A stretch of DNA of 64,000 bases from Amphiscolops sp. MND2022. Lineage: Eukaryota. The translations under genes were made by a program, and so were the position numbers. The notes under the pieces were generated by a model. It saw nothing but the letters and a program-made list of their open reading frames with translations, made no database searches and was not told the DNA's origin. Numbering within the stretch: position 1 is the stretch's first letter; every line of letters begins with the position of its first letter. Of the stretch, positions 38,437 to 51,400 are shown in pieces. Location of the stretch: the NCBI GenBank assembly GCA_964187785.1, contig OZ076413.1, positions 23,994,001-24,058,000 on the forward strand, read 5' to 3'.

Positions 38437-39547
38437 AAGAGGGTGCTAAACGACTAAGGCCCGGGGAGTCAACTAAGGTCCGGGAGCCTCAGTTGAAGAC
38501 AAACACCCCTACACTCATCAACTCAATTGCATAACGCCCGGAGGATATCACTACTTTTGGTAATGGATACCTTGCAGCGTGATGTTCTTGTTGGAGCAGT
38601 TTTTTCTGCAACTTTGTTTCGTAATTTTAGTAGTCATGTAAACGTACGTCGCGACATTTTTGTTTTAGTTTTATTTGAGATGTTTGAATTCAAATACTTC
38701 TGTTAATTCAATAAATAACCCAAAAACTCTACATGTATTGCTACGCCCGAAAGGTGCTATTTTTGTTTTTTTTTAGGATTTCCAGAAGTTTCCTCCAGAT
38801 TCCAACGTGATATCCAAAAAAAATAAGGAGCGCGCGCGCTCCTGATCTGCAAATGGTCACTTTTGATCTACCTTTGTCTGCTTTACTCCAGTGCTTACTC
38901 TTACGAGCAGTTCGTAGTTTGCTTCTGATGCGCTCCTTGACAGATGCTACTGAACTCTATACAAGAATGGAGCTGCACATCAGTGCGTGTTGCCCAAACC
39001 AAGCCGAACCTAAAAAAAGTATCAAAGAAACAGCTTGTCTTCCTTTTAAACAGTGGTTTTACTGCTGAAAAGAAGTTTTAGCGAAAAGAACTTTTAACTG
39101 TGATTTTATTGCCGTGGAAAAGATGTTTTGCTGAGAACCACGTGCGCTTTGGAGCGTGAGCGCTCCGTAAAAGAAGTTTTAGACGTCCAAAACCAAAGTG
39201 CTAGCAGGATCCTATTCAGACTTTTGCAGAAAACTCGTGCTAAAAAAGTGGTGCTTTTTTGATTGATGTATGAAATCTTGGATTTGATCAATTTCAAGGT
39301 GCATTTTTGAGTACTGGTTTTCTAGCTCTCGATCTAGCTCTGTTTCAACAGTTTCTGGACGATGCAGGTTCTCTGGATGTCAAGAAGCAAGACCTCATGG
39401 TTGCCCAATCAGCAAAAGATGACAGTGCCACTGGACCGTTGCAACATCACCAGTTTGAGACCCCCGTGGATTGCACTGATGTGGCGATGTATTCAATGCC
39501 AGCCTCTCAGCATGACAGGGACGTCATGCATACAGCCCGGGGAGTGA

Positions 39548-40317
39548 TGTAACGGCAAGCTCTGGTACAGCAATATCAACCGATTTTGCAACTTTGACAT
39601 GTTCAGAAATTTTGTCAAAAATTCTAATGCGATGTGTGACGTGGCACTGAGCATGTGATTGCTCTTTTCGCTGTTTCCACGAAATTGGCAGGTACTTCGA
39701 CAACAAAGAGCAAGAACGAGCAAAAACACGGGCGCGCCGCCATGACAGAAGCCAGAGACGGCAAGAACATCCGAAAATAGACTCTTTTTGAGGTGCTAAC
39801 ACCGGTTTTATCGATTTTCAGCATTATGCTACCCTATGCAGCGGAAACCGTAAAAATGAGTCTTTTCGCCTAAAGATCCTTGTTTGGTGCTTGGAGTCCC
39901 TGCGCCCCAGCTTGTAGCTGTGTGGTTTGCCATATTCGTGCCTGTTTTTATGTATTTTCAGTGATTTTGGCTGTATTCAGTAGCGCTAGCGCTAGTTTAG
40001 ATCTTATTCCCCAATTTTAGATCTTATTCACATGTCACTCTGGAACTGGAAATTTACCTTATTCTTGGCATTGTTTTTATATGCTAGTTAAGCGGTGGTC
40101 TTTAGAGAGTCAGAAAGATGCCCGTTACTATTAGCAATCAAAGACTAGGACCGGTTGGACAGTATTCGTCGAAGCACCCGCGGCCCCGGGACATTTCACC
40201 CCTGGAGGCAAAATGGATCTGTGGCGATGGGCGCCCGTCCCGAGCGATTCACCCATTCCTGCAGGTTCCTCCACCTCTGTTAACGCGTTAAGCGACCGAT
40301 AACAGCTTGCCGTTACA
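39548..40317 (+). repeat. 3' LTR (770 bp)
   Basis: Preceded by GGGGAGTGA. Perfect 14-bp terminal inverted repeat TGTAACGGCAAGCT/AGCTTGCCGTTACA. Confidence 0.92.
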
Positions 40318-40454
40318 CGACATGTTCTAGCAAATTCGATCTCAGTTCGTTCGACCTGTGTAATTCGACCAAAGAAGTCGACCTCATTCCGTTCGACCTC
40401 GGAAATTCGGTGGGCGGGAATAATGTCTAAGGAATAACGTCTAAATTGACGTCC

Positions 40455-40907
40455 TAAAAGGGGAAAAGGGACCCTTTCGAATTTTTGAACATCCATTGTT
40501 GCATAACGTCAAAAAATTGAAGGGGAACCCTTTGGTGAAGAAACAAATCTCGAATAAAAAGTCCTACAATGACAAAAAACAAAGGTGGGTTATTTGGGAT
40601 TTTTCAATATCCGCTATGTCGCAAAACATCAAAAAATTGAAACTGGAAAATTTTCGAGAAACATTTTTTTCGAAAAAAAAGTCTCAATGCCAAAAAATTG
40701 AAATGGGGAATCTTTAGTCTCGCCCGGTATTGTATGTTACGGAGAAAAGAAAAATACTTTTTTTGATTCTGTTTGCTAGGCTAAATGGTTCAGTTTGACA
40801 CAGTAAAATTTCGTAGAACTTTTGTAGAACTATTTTGGTCAATTCGTGTGGATTGAAAAAGAGTCACTATAATAGTCGCGTTTCACTTCATGAAGCGCCG
40901 ACTAAAA
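40455..40907 (-). mobile_element. HINE subfamily B copy
   Basis: Ends AGTCGCGTTTCACTTCATGAAGCGCCGACTAAAA. The last ~230 bp match 45401-45635. Confidence 0.75.
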
Positions 40908-40931
40908 TGGCTTGAACGTTTTCTAGTTTTA

Positions 40932-41939
40932 ATGGACATACTACCAGATGATCTTTTGCGGAAGATATTTTTCTTTTTATCTTCAAAAGATTTATGCGCA
41001 GTGAATCAAGTATCTCGGAAATGGAGAATTTTGTCCAATGATCCAACACTCTGGAAAACCCTTGTTTGCGCATGCTCGTCTGCTTCAAAATTGCGACTCT
41101 GTTTGACTACCAGACTGAATAAATATGCCAAATCTCTTGTTATAGTCCCCGGACCTTCCGTTTTCACAAGGATCAATTGTGATATTCTCAATGATTTGGG
41201 CAGCGGTATTACTAAGCTTGAAATTAGATGTCAATATTTATCGCCTGGTAAAAGCAATCCTTGGGCTGTTGCCCAGCCCAACACCTTTCCACCAGTGAAC
41301 GTTCAAGAACTCACTTTTGTAAATATGGACTGCAACACCGTGGACTATCCCTTGCCGAGATATTCTAAAATTCACAGTGTCAGCATTATTCGTGGAAGCG
41401 CAAGTAAGAGATTTTGACGATCAAACTAAGCTGTGAGAAACAATGAATAAAAAAATTCGAAAATATCAGCCTGCTTTGAAAAGGCTATTTCCTTTGGTCT
41501 CCATTATCTGAACTTTTTGCACGGTGTTCTAAAAAATGCTTTAAAAAACTTTTCGCTCGATGTTCTAGATCTGAGTAGTCTTCAGACACTACAACACCTG
41601 AGCTGTTTGAAGAACCTGCGGCTTAACGGCAACAACCTTAACATGGGGAGCGTCATTCGAGCTCTTCTACCTTTGGGAGACAGACTTGTGGTTCTGGATT
41701 TATCAGAAACTTGTTTAACGGATGACCATTTGTGGTCTTTACTACCCAGGCTTAGAATACTGACCCATTTCTGCATTAACAAGTGTAACTACATTACTCA
41801 GAATATTTTAATGAGGTTCTCGGAAACCTTCCAACATTCTTGCGAATCTCTTCGTTTGATCGAAGCTTGTTTCACTTCTCTAACTAGTGATAGTCTACCT
41901 CCTGAATGGGCGTATAAAGGCGTCCAAATGCTTCTTTAA
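40932..41939 (+). CDS. F-box/leucine-rich-repeat protein (FBXL-type), exons 40932-41403 and 41470-41939, 313 aa
   Basis: F-box LPDDLLRKIFFFLSSKDLCAVNQVSRKWRILSNDPTLWK. A 66-nt AA|GTAAGA...TCAG| intron joins in frame to LRRs (LKNLRLNGNNL, LVVLDLSETCLTDDHL, LTHFCINKCNYIT). Confidence 0.85.
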
Positions 41940-42329
41940 TCTCAACTGTAAATATGGATTGGAAGATTTATTGTTGGTACAGGAAGAATTTTTAATTTTT
42001 TTTCTCGAAAAGCTTCCGAGATTCCTCAGACACACCATAGGTTATGCTGAAAATAATTGTGAAACTATAAGAATGCTTCCAAGGACTATCTGGGAAATTG
42101 TCTGACATGTGAGACGAATTTGGATTTACGTCTGCAGATTTACTGAAGTTTTACATCTGCAGTTTTTTTACACTAGAGAAAGGCCCAATGCTCTATTTTT
42201 ACATAAGCACAGCATATATAATGAGAGGAAATAAAATCAAGTATTCTAACAACGACGATATTCAATTAAAGTGCTGTCGGTACAAAAAAAGTCGATACTA
42301 GTAGCTTGATGTCTGGAATTATGGTCATA

Positions 42330-42780
42330 TGCACCAAAGTCGAAATGAGCAGGAAAATCGTACAGATAACTTCCACTTATCGTTTTTGAAATCATCGAAA
42401 ACGTAAGGAACTCAATTTGATAACAGAGAGCTGCTCATATCCTTCTTTCGATCCAAAAGTCTTACGAAAACAGTATTTTTGACAATTCTAACTTTCGTCC
42501 GCGGAATATCCGGATGCTATCTATGCAGGAATTGCATGAAGAAGAAAAACCATGGAAAAATATGTATTGGTTCGAAAAGTTCCTATTGGTTTGAGATCGC
42601 TCATTGTACGGAAGATGATGCTTGAGTGAAAAGAATACTCAAGTCACTAGCTCTGAAAATACCTAAATCTTTTCGAATTTGCAGATTTTGCCACAGCTTT
42701 ATGTAGTTTAGATAAACATTGTTTTTGCTTTGATTGACGATCATGCCATTCGAAATATTCCGGTTTGAAAGCCTTGTCAA
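42330..42780 (-). pseudogene. Decayed LINE C-terminal remnant
   Basis: AIPA*IASGYS...NCQKYCFRKTFGSKEGYEQLSVIKLSSLRFR resembles the L2/Jockey post-RT region. Confidence 0.4.
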
Positions 42781-42899
42781 ATTATGAATCTTTAGAAATT
42801 GAATAAGAGCAAGTCATGTGCAAACATGAATGGAATACAGTTCGGAAAAATTACAAGTAAGTCGTTAATGAATGAAAGAAAGAGTATGCGTCCGACAAC

Positions 42900-43440
42900 G
42901 GATCGGGAGAACTGCACTGGCAACGCTATCGGATTGAATAACAGATCAGTTTTGGCAAATTGAGTTCGACCATTCAGATTTTAGGCTCCTATATAAGCGC
43001 AGACAATTCTGTGAGCTAAGAAGTCCAACATCGCATGGCATGTGGCTGGGAAAACTGGCGTTAGCTCACTGGAGTCATTTTCGACACGAAAATGTCTCTG
43101 AAGTTGAAGAACAAGTTGTTTAAAGTTGTAATCAGACCAGCATTGCTCTATGAGTGTTTGCCACTACCGAAATGCAAGTGCTGCAATGGATCAACGGTAA
43201 CACGCAGAGACGGGACCCGAGTTGAAGTGACGAGGAAATTTGCGTCCGTTCGGGCAATAGAGATGAGAATCCGACGGCTGCAAGGGTACGTTAATTGGGC
43301 GGTAATTGGCAACGAAATTCCGGACTCCATTTTCGACAATGTCTGTTAAAAGAAGTCTTCAACAAGACAACGTAGCAGCTAGTGAGAAATTGTGAGCTGC
43401 AAAGAGGATAGAGAAGTTGCAAAAATATCTGGACAACGTT
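42900..43440 (+). mobile_element. Decayed RTE-clade LINE fragment
   Basis: GSYISADN...EVQHRMACGWENWR*LTGVIFDTKMSLKLKNKLFKVVIRPALLYE...AIEMR matches the RTE post-RT motif pattern. Confidence 0.75.
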
Positions 43441-44939
43441 TCAATAGTTAAGGAGTGAAAAATCTGAGACTGTAGTTGCTGATTTTCTCTTTTCCAGGAT
43501 CATTTGACGAATCACTGGAGATTTAAAGTTTGACGGATATCATCCAACTTGATTGAGTCATAAGATTCTTGAATCGTAGCCTGAAAATGTTGATTATTGA
43601 AATTACTAGAAATGAATATTGAACGCATTGACTATTTGTGATACTGTCTGGAAACACTTGTCGCTATGAAAGATAATGCGGACTGGTTCAGCTGAGTTGC
43701 TTATATCAAAAATTGTACTTTTTCAACTGAATTCAAAACAGAGTTCATCCTAAAAACTTATGTGGAAATGATAGAATAAACGTTAGAGGAGCCAACTAAA
43801 TAAGTGCTGGAAGTTTTGAACTTTTTTCTCGAATAAAAATTGCTAAAGTTATGAAAGACGGAAACATTACTTACGGGTAAGTTCTAGAGACAATTTCGGG
43901 TAAGTGTCCGTTTTGGAAATTCGTTTCTACATTAAATGAAAAATCGCCGGACTGTTCATCTGTAATTAAGAAGGAAGATTCGTGTTAAAGCTAAAGTTAG
44001 ATCGTTCAAATTTTTCATTGCCTAGATACAGATGTCTCAATGAAATTTTTCAGTCCTGGCTGACTGTTGTCGGGACATTTATTTTGGTCACGTGTAATTT
44101 TGATAACTGGGATGCATGAATTGATGGTTCTACTTGGATGCGGCTTGTATTGTTTTCAGCATATTTTCAGCAGTTTTAAGTAAGCTTCACGTTTTTCAGA
44201 TATCAAAATGAGTACCCGAATTAAAAGAATCTCAACTGAAGGCGGGGAGAGAAAACCGGATGTCAGCTTGATGGCGATGCAACAGAAGAATTTCTCTCGT
44301 GAAATGTCGAATTGTCCTGGGGCTAACTCCCTTTGGCTTCCTGTGATAAAGAGTGCCCGATTCCAAGATGCCAAAAAGATTAAACGCAAAAAGGTCAAGT
44401 CGCATTGCTTGTCGGCGAGAGAACGCAAAAAGTGCTCGCTTTTTGATCCCACAAATCACGACATCAAGTTAGTTAAATTCATTCACTGTTTACCTCTATT
44501 ACCAAAATTGCCCCAAACGTGAGGACAATTTCAAGGCAACCATTTTGCAACTGATAGACTTTCAATTGCCAATTATGTTTTACGAATTGTTATCTGATGA
44601 GTCGCTTGCGGAGATAAAAATAAAATTATGGAAAAATCTAGAAAATGTGCAATATCCAAATATGCTTATTCAATGATAGATATCAAGAAAATGTTTTTGG
44701 CGCACATATTTTTTCTGGAAAAGTTCCAAATCTTTTTAGAGGTACAAAAAAATTTATTCGTGTATGTAACAAACCTGGTGAAATCGAGCTTTTAGTAAGA
44801 TTGTAGAAGTTCCATTGTAGTCGGCGATTTTAGTAAGAGAGAAGTGCACGGCTATTTCAGTGACTAGTTTTTTCTTGAGACTTCCTGAATTTTTCTGAAT
44901 CGGCGTGAATGATTTTTTTTCCTTTTTTTAACGTTACAT

Positions 44940-45635
44940 ACAAAACCGGACGAAGCTAAAGGCCCCCTCAATTTTGTTTCGACAGTATTACATTTTGCGG
45001 CACTATGAGGCTTCAAAATTCTCATTTTTGTCTGAAATTAGGTTTTTTCAATATATATCCAATATTTTTTTCAACACTATAAATTTTTGACGTTATATCA
45101 GTAGTAAATTGGGTTTCACTAAGGAGGATGTATAGGTTCGAAATTATTGCGCTGTATCCGAATTTTGACGTTATAGCCGAAGCTATTTATTTTTTACTAA
45201 AGAAGGTCGAGGTTCGCAAAAAGGGCTCACATGTGGCCCAGCAAGCAAATCAAACGGGGACCATTAGGTGAAATTTTTCATCGAAAAAGTTGCTCAGTGT
45301 CAAAAAACTTTTCTCAGTGCTCAAAGGTAGGAGCCTGCGCTATTGTCTAACCTGGTATCATGGTCGTAGATACGTTTTAGACTTGCTCCACGACGATTCG
45401 AAAAAAGTCTCACAATGCCGAAAAAACTGAAAGGTGGGACTCTTTAGTCTCGCCCGGTATTTTATCTTACGCTAAAAGAAGGAACAACTTTTATGTTTCA
45501 GTTCCTTGTGCCAAATGGTCCAATTTGGCACCTTATAGTTTCGTAGAACTTTCAAAAACTATTTTGGTCAGTTCGTGTGGATTGAAAAAAATGCCAAGTA
45601 TAGTCGCGTTTCACTTCATGAAGTGCCGACTAAAA
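44940..45635. mobile_element. Composite HINE-like fragments; subfamily B terminus at 45601-45635
   Basis: AGTCGCGTTTCACTTCATGAAGTGCCGACTAAAA end. A reverse-oriented core fragment lies near 44995-45035. Confidence 0.7.
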
Positions 45636-45799
45636 TATCGATCGAGCTAGTCATTTGTGACCCCTAAACTCTGGCTGATACATATTAGCTACGTTACTAT
45701 AGTACATCTAACTTTCATTTAAAAAATTGGCTTTCTCATTTTTATGAATATCCATATCAGGCTTCCATTAAGCGGGCATCTGCCCTTGGAAGTCTATTC

Positions 45800-45843
45800 T
45801 ACTATCTGATGGCTGTACACTTACTATCTGATAGCTGTACACT
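45800..45843. repeat. 22-bp tandem duplication
   Basis: TACTATCTGAT(G/A)GCTGTACACT twice. Confidence 0.8.
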
Positions 45844-48800
45844 ACAATTAGTATTCACCCTACTATTAAAAGCCTATTATTTTATCATTGACTAGTAAGT
45901 AGATAAATTCGAAAACTTAAATGTAATGGTCGTGCAATTTAATTCGTAAAACGATGGCTAAAATGTAGATCGGATATTTTTAATCTGTGATATCCAATTT
46001 CCATTTTATATGCACTATTACAACCACAGAAGAGTGTAATTGATCTGTTCTATTTTGTCAGTTGGATGTTATTTCAGATTCGACTCTGTAATTCCTCTCA
46101 ATCTGATGTGGGAACAATACATGAGCACTCTTTTCCCAACGTTAGTTCCTCGTTTTAATGTAGAATTACTTCACTGGCATTTCATTAATCTTTTTAAACT
46201 GTATTCTTCGCAGGCCACAATCTCTGATGAACATTAACCGGCTTTACAAAATAGAGTTAACGGGAGCAGCCTTGATAGGTTAGTTTCAACGTGGTGATTT
46301 CAAAACTTTGATGATTTATTTGGTGATTTATACTTGCACGTAATCAGTCAAAATAGTTGAGAATCTTCGTTTTTCTGCTTTTCCACTGAAAAAATGTATA
46401 TTTGAATCTTGAGCAAGAGTATTCATACGAAATTTGAACTGAACACAGATTCTTAACTTTATGGATGGTTGAGTTGTTTAGTGTCCAAGTCAAAGTGTGA
46501 TACTAATGTGGGAATGAATGGAATTGTCGTACAAGATCTGAAGAACTCTCTGAGAATAATTTGCCCTGACGACAAGCTTAAATGTGAGTACTTACATAAT
46601 TAACACATGTTTAACGGCGACCATGCATTGGCCGACCTCTCAACTGGCCGACTGTGCATTTAGCCAATTCGATCGTATATATTTGGATATCTGTGAAAAT
46701 AGTCTCAATTTTATGCAACTATAATTAGTATCGGATCAAAAGTTGGATCTGCATCAAAAATTTGTGTGTGAGAACGGTTACTAGTTCCCATTTAAAAGGA
46801 TTCAAAAAATGAAATGATTTTGAATAAAGATCAGCTCCATTTCCTGATCTCTATGAAAACCATAGATTTGTAAACTCCATTTTAAGTCTAATTCCGCTGT
46901 TCTGTAATAATTTAGTCGGTCAACAGGGCCGTCGGTCAATTAACCTAGCACCATGTTCAACTTCCTTGGTCCTATTACATCGATATACTGAGGAATTCGC
47001 TTTGTAACAACTTTGCGTACCGACCCTGATTTCCAAGTCATGGTTTCAAGTTAGGATTGCAATAATCGATGGTTTTAAAAGTTGAAATCACCAGCTGAGA
47101 TCTTGGTAAACTGGAGAAATCCATTTCCGTGCTCAGAAAGCTGTTTTATTTTTTCGTGGTATCACTTTTTGTGTGTTTCAGTGATTCCAAAGATGGGAAG
47201 TGTTTTCGTGGTCCATGTTTTGAACAAGGAACTGCGTCTCAAAGGCGAATATTTGGCCAACAAATCTTACGAAAGAAGCAGAGGGAAAATTAAGTTCCAG
47301 AATATCAAATGATGCAAAGATTTATTGATTTGTTTTTGGTTGGTGCTGTTAATTCTTGCTCTTTTTCTATCTTGTATTCTAGATCAATTCAATTGACTGA
47401 ATTTGTTGAAACTGACGATTTCACAGATTTTCTTTCCTCATGTTTTTGTTGAAAATATTCAGAAATGTAGTTTATGTATTCCAAATCAATATACAATTGT
47501 TTCCGTGGAAATTATATGTATTTCAAGATCTCTGTTCCATATTTGATTCAAAGGGGTTTTGACATCGCTAAATTTTTTTCTCTAAATCACTAACGGTAAA
47601 ATCATTTTTTCTGAAAGTTTTTCGAACTACTGAATGTTTAATTTCAAGTATGTTTCAGTATCAAATGCTATCATACATTGAGTTTTTTCAAGAAAAGTGG
47701 AATTTCATCCTGTGTGGGTTTTTCGAATATAAGAGTTGGAAGTTTTCTAAATATTCTTTTCTAACCTTTCGAAACTCTGTGTATACTCCAAGGAAATGTT
47801 GAAAATTATTTTAATATTTAATATTACCATTGGTATATATTATATTACTATTTTGTATTCGGAATTACAAATTATGCCATTTTCAGAAGTGAGAAATGTA
47901 TGAAGCCGGCCTCTGCTTAACCTAGATGTTCACTTAGACCTAACTGACTTCTGACTGGGATTTCCAATGGATAATAACCAGAGGTCTGTCTTTCACGGCT
48001 TCATCTTCTGTTAGTAGTTACTATATTGTTTTCAATGAAATTGTCATTTTTAAATATGCGACGTATCGTTGCATAATTCGAAATCTGATTCCAGCATTGC
48101 AGAATCGGTTTTTGTATGCTGTGAATTTTGATGAACGCTTAAAAAATGAACGGTTTTTGATCACTTTAATAACCTAATTAATATTTTTTTCTAATTTTAA
48201 TGCCGTCTGGTAGTCAGAACAGCGTTCACCATTCTTTTGCTTTTCAGTTCTAGCGTTTGGTGAGTAATATTGAAAAAGCGCAATGTACCAACTTGCAACC
48301 TCCAAGTAAACGTACCAGATATTGGTCTGATATTATGATGATCTAGGGTATGACCCGTTTTCCATGCTTTCAACCCGCGGGTTGATGATGTAATGAAAGT
48401 TTACAGCAGTTCTACTTGACTGCAATTTATTGATTCGGAATTAGGATTCTGGGTGGCCTAAGTCACATACTTTTTTTTACAACCGAGAAAAAAATTTCCG
48501 AATGTGTATTAGATATCGCCCAGTTTTTGTTGTCGTTCTTGTACATATATTTTTTTAGTTTTCTAGCTTTAAACCAAAGTTTTTCTCGAAGAAATTTTTG
48601 CTTATACTTGAGTGGAACTACTTTATTAAGCTTCGCCCTACTCCGCAGCTGCGTCCTCTGTCTAAGGGGCTGTAGGTCGACTCGCTGTCAACCAGCCATG
48701 GAGTCTTCGATTAGCGCTGTTGTCCACGAGGGAGGGCTGTCATGAACTTTGACAATCCTTCGGGTGCGAATAACCTTAGAATCAACACCTTTTTTTTGTT

Positions 48801-50399
48801 TTCTTTGGACATTCAATAAAATTAAGATACGATGACCTATTTTATAAATCATCCTCCACTTGCCGATGTTTTCAGAATTTGTTTTTATGGGACCGTTACT
48901 GACACTGTAAGGAGGCTCTGCAGCTTGCAGCGTTTTGACACCTGTTCTTCTTTGCTTTTTCTTTCAATTTTTCTTTACGGACACGCCCCCTCTGTACTAT
49001 GGGCACAAACAAGCTTTTAAAAACTAACTTGTGGTTTCAATACGCGCGGTCCTTTTAGTTTTTTTAGAGAATAAAGAATATGAAAAACTTGAGTGGAGCT
49101 GATTTTCGCATTTTGTTTTATTTGTCGATAAACGATGGTCCAAAAGTGGCTTTTTCGGCAAATAATGGAGATTCAATAATTTTGCTCTCGTGCAGAGGTA
49201 CAAATCGAAGGGCAACTTTTAGATTAATTGATATGGAGAAATGCTTGAGTTTTAAAAAATGCATTATTTTTGAGAAATGCTTGATCGACAGTAGCACAAA
49301 ATTTCACCTTTTGATGAACTTGAAACTTGTTCGCTCAATTTTTCTCAAGTAAAGTAAGTCTAATCTATCTAATATAAAGCTTTCGATATGTCTATTCTCC
49401 ATTACACAAGCTTTACACGCAATTTTTGCTTCTCTTGTCTGTTATCTTAGTCGGAAAATTGTCGAGATATATGACCTATATATGGTTCGTATTACCGTTT
49501 TTCTGAATTTTTCAACTTATATTCACAGGCAATAGTCGCATTCAAAATATAACTTATTTTAGACTGTTTGAAGTAGAACCAATATTTAGCATTTTCGTTT
49601 TCGCAAAAAATCGATCGAAGCTAAGGAATGTCAGTTTTATTACGAAAAACGTCGAATAATTTCATTTCCTTTGAAAGCTGAATTGAAGTTCGCGATGTAG
49701 ATTGAATTAAGTGAACAATTTTGGGCAATTCAAGTACTTTTTACCTTGATCATGAATTCTTGAGAAACGAATTTCGAGCCTACAATATCCTATAATTTAT
49801 ATAGCAGCCACTCCCTTTAGCAAGCTATCAATCAATTGTCAAGAAAACATTTTCTTCGGTCGTGTACAAAAGCATTTAGCCTCCACTTTGTCAAATTCTA
49901 AAAAGGTCAACTCGCAATGGTAACTCCACCTTAAAGCCCCCGTATACCGCGTGAATAACACAATCTTTTCCGGGTCATGCCCCATGTGATGTACGATAAG
50001 TGTAGTAAATCTACCTCCCCTGTATTTACCCTGTGACTATTCTGTCTACTACCTGTACAGTCCTACTACGGAGCATCACGCCCGACATTGACGTCTTATC
50101 CCACACTCTGTGTATTAGTTGACTAGCCAACTAGTTTTATGAAAATTCATATGTCTCAAACGTAATTCAAAGTGAAGCCCTTTTCTGCATTGAGTTTTCG
50201 GAAACTTTTTCCTTCAATTTTGCCAGAATGTAGAGAAATGTTAATCGAATACAAGTTACAAGAATTGTTGGATTTCTTACTTTTCCTACTTTATATATCT
50301 CCAAATTTTTCCTTGTTCATTGGTCAATGAAAAAAGCTTGGAGCTTCTCGACTTTCCAAATTTAACATTGTTTTTCTCAACACGCTACCTTCAAATATG

Positions 50400-51400
50400 T
50401 TTACACTTGCGATAAGCAAATGTTATGGGAAAGTGCGGGTGCTTTTTTTCTCTGCGCGACAACTCTCGAATTTCACGCGGCAAGTCGCACATTTCACGCG
50501 TTCGTGGTTTAGTGGTAAAATGCTTGCTTTTCAACCCAGAGGTTTCGTGTTCGAACCCGTGGGTATGCGCTTATTTTTTTTACAAGTATTACGAAGCAGA
50601 AGGTTCTCACTTTTTTCGGCACTATGAGACTTTAAAGTCCTCCAAAGAGTCCTCCTTTCAATTTTTTTGATACTTTGCAACTGAACGAATGTTAAAATTC
50701 CCAAAGGGTCCCTTTTTTCAGAATTTTCGGCATTGAGACTTCAAAATTCTTTTTCAAAAATTTTTAATGTCTACAGAGGGTCCACCCTTCTCTTTGTTTG
50801 ATATTTTGCAACAGAACGAATGTTAAAAAATCCCAAAGGGTCCCTTTTTTCAGATTTTTCGGCACTATGAGACTTCCATTAAAATTTCTCATTTGTTTTT
50901 TTTCGAAAATTTTTTATTAAAGACTCCAAAGAGTCCCCTTAAATTTTTTTGAAATTTTGCAACGTAAAGGATGTTAAAAAGTCTCAAAGGGTCCCGTCTT
51001 TCACAGTTTCCGGCATTGTGACATTTTTCGAAAGGAATAATTTTCGTGTTAAAATTAGGCTTTCTCAGGTCCGGCACGCTATATCTGATTTTTGTTGTTT
51101 TAAAAGGGTGTTTTTTCTATGCGACTTTTTTTAAAAATGTTTCACCGAGGCCCCTCTTCAATTTTTGCCAGAAACGAAACGTTTTGCGAGAGTTAAGGGC
51201 TGCTCAAGGTTTTCGGCACTATGCGACTTACCGGAGACCATCAAAAATATTTTCGAAATTTTTTTCCTCAATTTTCTGTTTTTTAAAAGTTTTCCGTTCA
51301 GAAAAATGGTTTTTTTGCTATTTTCAGTTGGGAAGAATGGTTTTCGAGACTTATGCGTATCTTTTCGGGTATTTTTGGCGCTGTATATTGTAATATTGAA
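50400..51400 (+). mobile_element. HINE-core-related repeat cluster
   Basis: Repeated TTTTCGGCACTATGAGACTT and CAAAGGGTCCC cores, reverse complements of the HINE internal repeats. Termini not identified. Confidence 0.65.
50498..50570 (+). pseudogene. Full-length degenerate tRNA-like sequence (Gly-like scaffold)
   Basis: GCGTTCGTGGTTTAGTGGTAAAATGCTTGCTTTTCAACCCAGAGGTTTCGTGTTCGAACCCGTGGGTATGCGC has A-box and B-box at tRNA spacing followed by T7. Stems pair poorly. Confidence 0.6.

Larger units (their letters stand above)
32673..40317 (+). mobile_element. Young non-autonomous LTR retroelement (LARD-like), no gag/pol recognised
   Basis: LTRs 32673-33444 and 39548-40317 (TG...CA; I counted 8 substitutions and one 2-bp indel). 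PBS at 33460-33477, PPT at 39539-39547. No RT, protease or integrase motif in the internal ORFs. Confidence 0.88.

Noticed and set aside
41887-42105. Frameshifted C-terminal extension of the F-box/LRR gene
   Set aside because: No convincing intron or recognisable motif links it. It cannot be excluded without RNA data.
44200-44522. Possible exon with a basic RERKK motif (bHLH or GPCR loop)
   Set aside because: No helix-loop-helix or TM context, and no phase-compatible neighbouring exon found.
46900-47400. LINE endonuclease remnant (IFGITETH, minus strand)
   Set aside because: Only one short motif among many stops.
50498-50570. Functional tRNA gene
   Set aside because: Acceptor, anticodon and T stems pair poorly. 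Kept only as a tRNA-derived sequence.
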